A DNA stretch of 64,000 nt from Anthoceros angustus (lineage: Eukaryota > Plantae > Anthocerotophyta), in assembly GCA_010909165.1 (NCBI GenBank), contig MU008172.1:1302001-1366000 (forward strand), written 5' to 3'. Positions 62,446 to 64,000 of the stretch are shown one piece after another; within the stretch, counting starts at the first letter, position 1, and each line of letters begins with the position of its first letter. The notes under the pieces were generated by a model. It was not told the DNA's origin. It was given only the letters and a program-made list of their open reading frames with translations, and made no database searches. Position numbers and translations under genes: made by a program.

Positions 62446-64000
62446 GTTTATATTAGAGGCGAAAGATTTGTGTACCCTTAAGGTAGTGCATAATATGTTT
62501 GAGAGCAATCAAGAATCCTTTCCTAGATTCTCTGAGAATTGAGGAGCTGCATTCACGGTGTTTGAGATGTCTAGTCTTGTTTGATTACTTAAGAACGTGA
62601 GAATACCAACTCCCATGCATAGGGTATAGTCTCCATCTCCTTCTTGTCCTCTTCAGATTGTGGATAGGAGGCAGATGAGAGCTGAACGCCAACGGCACCT
62701 GGTATGGCTACCGCCCAAGCGTTCTTCTAGTTGAAGCCCTTTATTTAACATACTAGCTACATATTTGCCTTGGTGAAGATAAATAGGTCCAGTACTTCCT
62801 CTATGTATATGCATTCCAAGAATATATTTAACTTTGCCGAGATCCTTCATCTCGAATTCTTTGCTAAGATAAGCTTTTATCTTGTTGACTAATTCAATTT
62901 TCTTATTTGGAATAACTAAGTTATCGACATAAAGTGCAACTAGCACAAGTCAACTGTCTAGATGAAGTACATAGATATTGGTGTTTGTTTCACTCTGGAC
63001 AAAACCTATCTTCTTGAGATAAGAGTCCATTCTCTCGTACCACAAACGTGGGCTTTGCTTAAGTCCATAGATAGAACAAATAAGTTTACACACTTTGTGA
63101 TGGAACGTTTTATCTTCATAGTCTTCGGGTTGATCCATGTAGATCTCTTCTTTATGATGACCATAAAAAAAGGCCATGCCAACGTCAAGCTCATAGATCT
63201 CCAAATTAACCTCAATACATAAAGGTAGAAGCATCCTTGCACGAATACATTTCTAAATTAAGCTCAACACATAAAAAGGTAGAAGCGTCCTTACTAGGTA
63301 GCTTTAATGAGATGTGAGTAAATTCTATTAACTTAGTAATCCACTCTCTCTAGGTGACTATAACTCTTGACTTTGTGTCACCGACTATAATCCTTGGGGA
63401 CTAATCCTAAGATCACCTTGGAAACCCACTCATTCTTTGTGGTTATAACCCTTGACTACTAATCTAACCTTCTAGTGAAATTCTAGGCTCAACTTCATGG
63501 AACCCTTTTGGAAGGACCAATTTGCATTTCCCGATCATCCTACCCTTGAGAGATTGACTACATCCAGGTGGTCTAATAGAAAAGTGAGATCATACAAAAA
63601 GTGAGATAATACAAATAGTGTATACGTGATGCCACACCCCAACCGGAAGTCGAGCGCCATGCATATTGATATGCATTTGCTCCACCACTTGGTGGAAAAC
63701 CAACCTAATATTATCATATGTGGATTATCATACATGGCATCGGAAGTGGATAATTAAGTCATCAAACATTGTTCCAAGAATATTCCCTGTTAGTGAAAAA
63801 ACTGTTGCACATGAATCAAGCAGCTGAACTGCCATTTGGTGAAAGTTACGAAGATTTAAGACCTCATGAGCCACACTAGAAGTGAAAAGCAAGGTGCTCA
63901 TGAGGAAAGATAAAACCCATGTCACAGAACGTTGAGATCAAACTGAAGCACGCTCACACCTTGGTTACTGAAAGACAACCTAGTAGGCAAACGCTCTGCT
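62446..64000 (-). mobile_element. Older Ty1/copia element, RT region; continues beyond the window
   Basis: KVRLVVKGYNHKE, ELDVGMAFFYG..KEEIYMDQPE, SIYGLKQSPRLWY, LYVDNL, MKDLGKVKYILG. HYLKGT...YK joins the 55863 flank across the TSD. Confidence 0.85.

Overview
Repeat-dense eukaryotic window from a land plant. Evidence for the host: a SAUR pseudogene, a PLS-class PPR fragment, copia and gypsy LTR elements, and GT-AG introns; a non-seed plant such as a fern or lycophyte is only my guess. The sequence is full of small indels and may be poorly polished, so most ORFs are frameshifted and were reconstructed by hand. Main discovery: an ~11 kb block (~1686-12660) splits a Ty3/gypsy integrase. It carries an intron-rich Crypton-type (DUF3504-like) tyrosine recombinase gene (8846-12141, +), two spliced orphan genes on the opposite strand (2029-3674, 10 exons; ~5549-6030) and a 548-bp tandem triplication, i.e. 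a candidate multi-gene YR mobile element in a plant. The rest: the 3' part of that gypsy element with nested tandem amplifications (12660-23407); a ~15.6 kb array of ~3.7 kb units holding a decayed CACTA/CMC-like transposase (23408-39007); a second truncated gypsy copy (39008-44065); a gypsy element whose integrase ends in a PHD finger (45475-53383); PPR and SAUR pseudogenes; and a full-length copia with a perfect GTTTA target-site duplication nested in an older copia. Coordinates marked ~ are approximate. No database searches were run.
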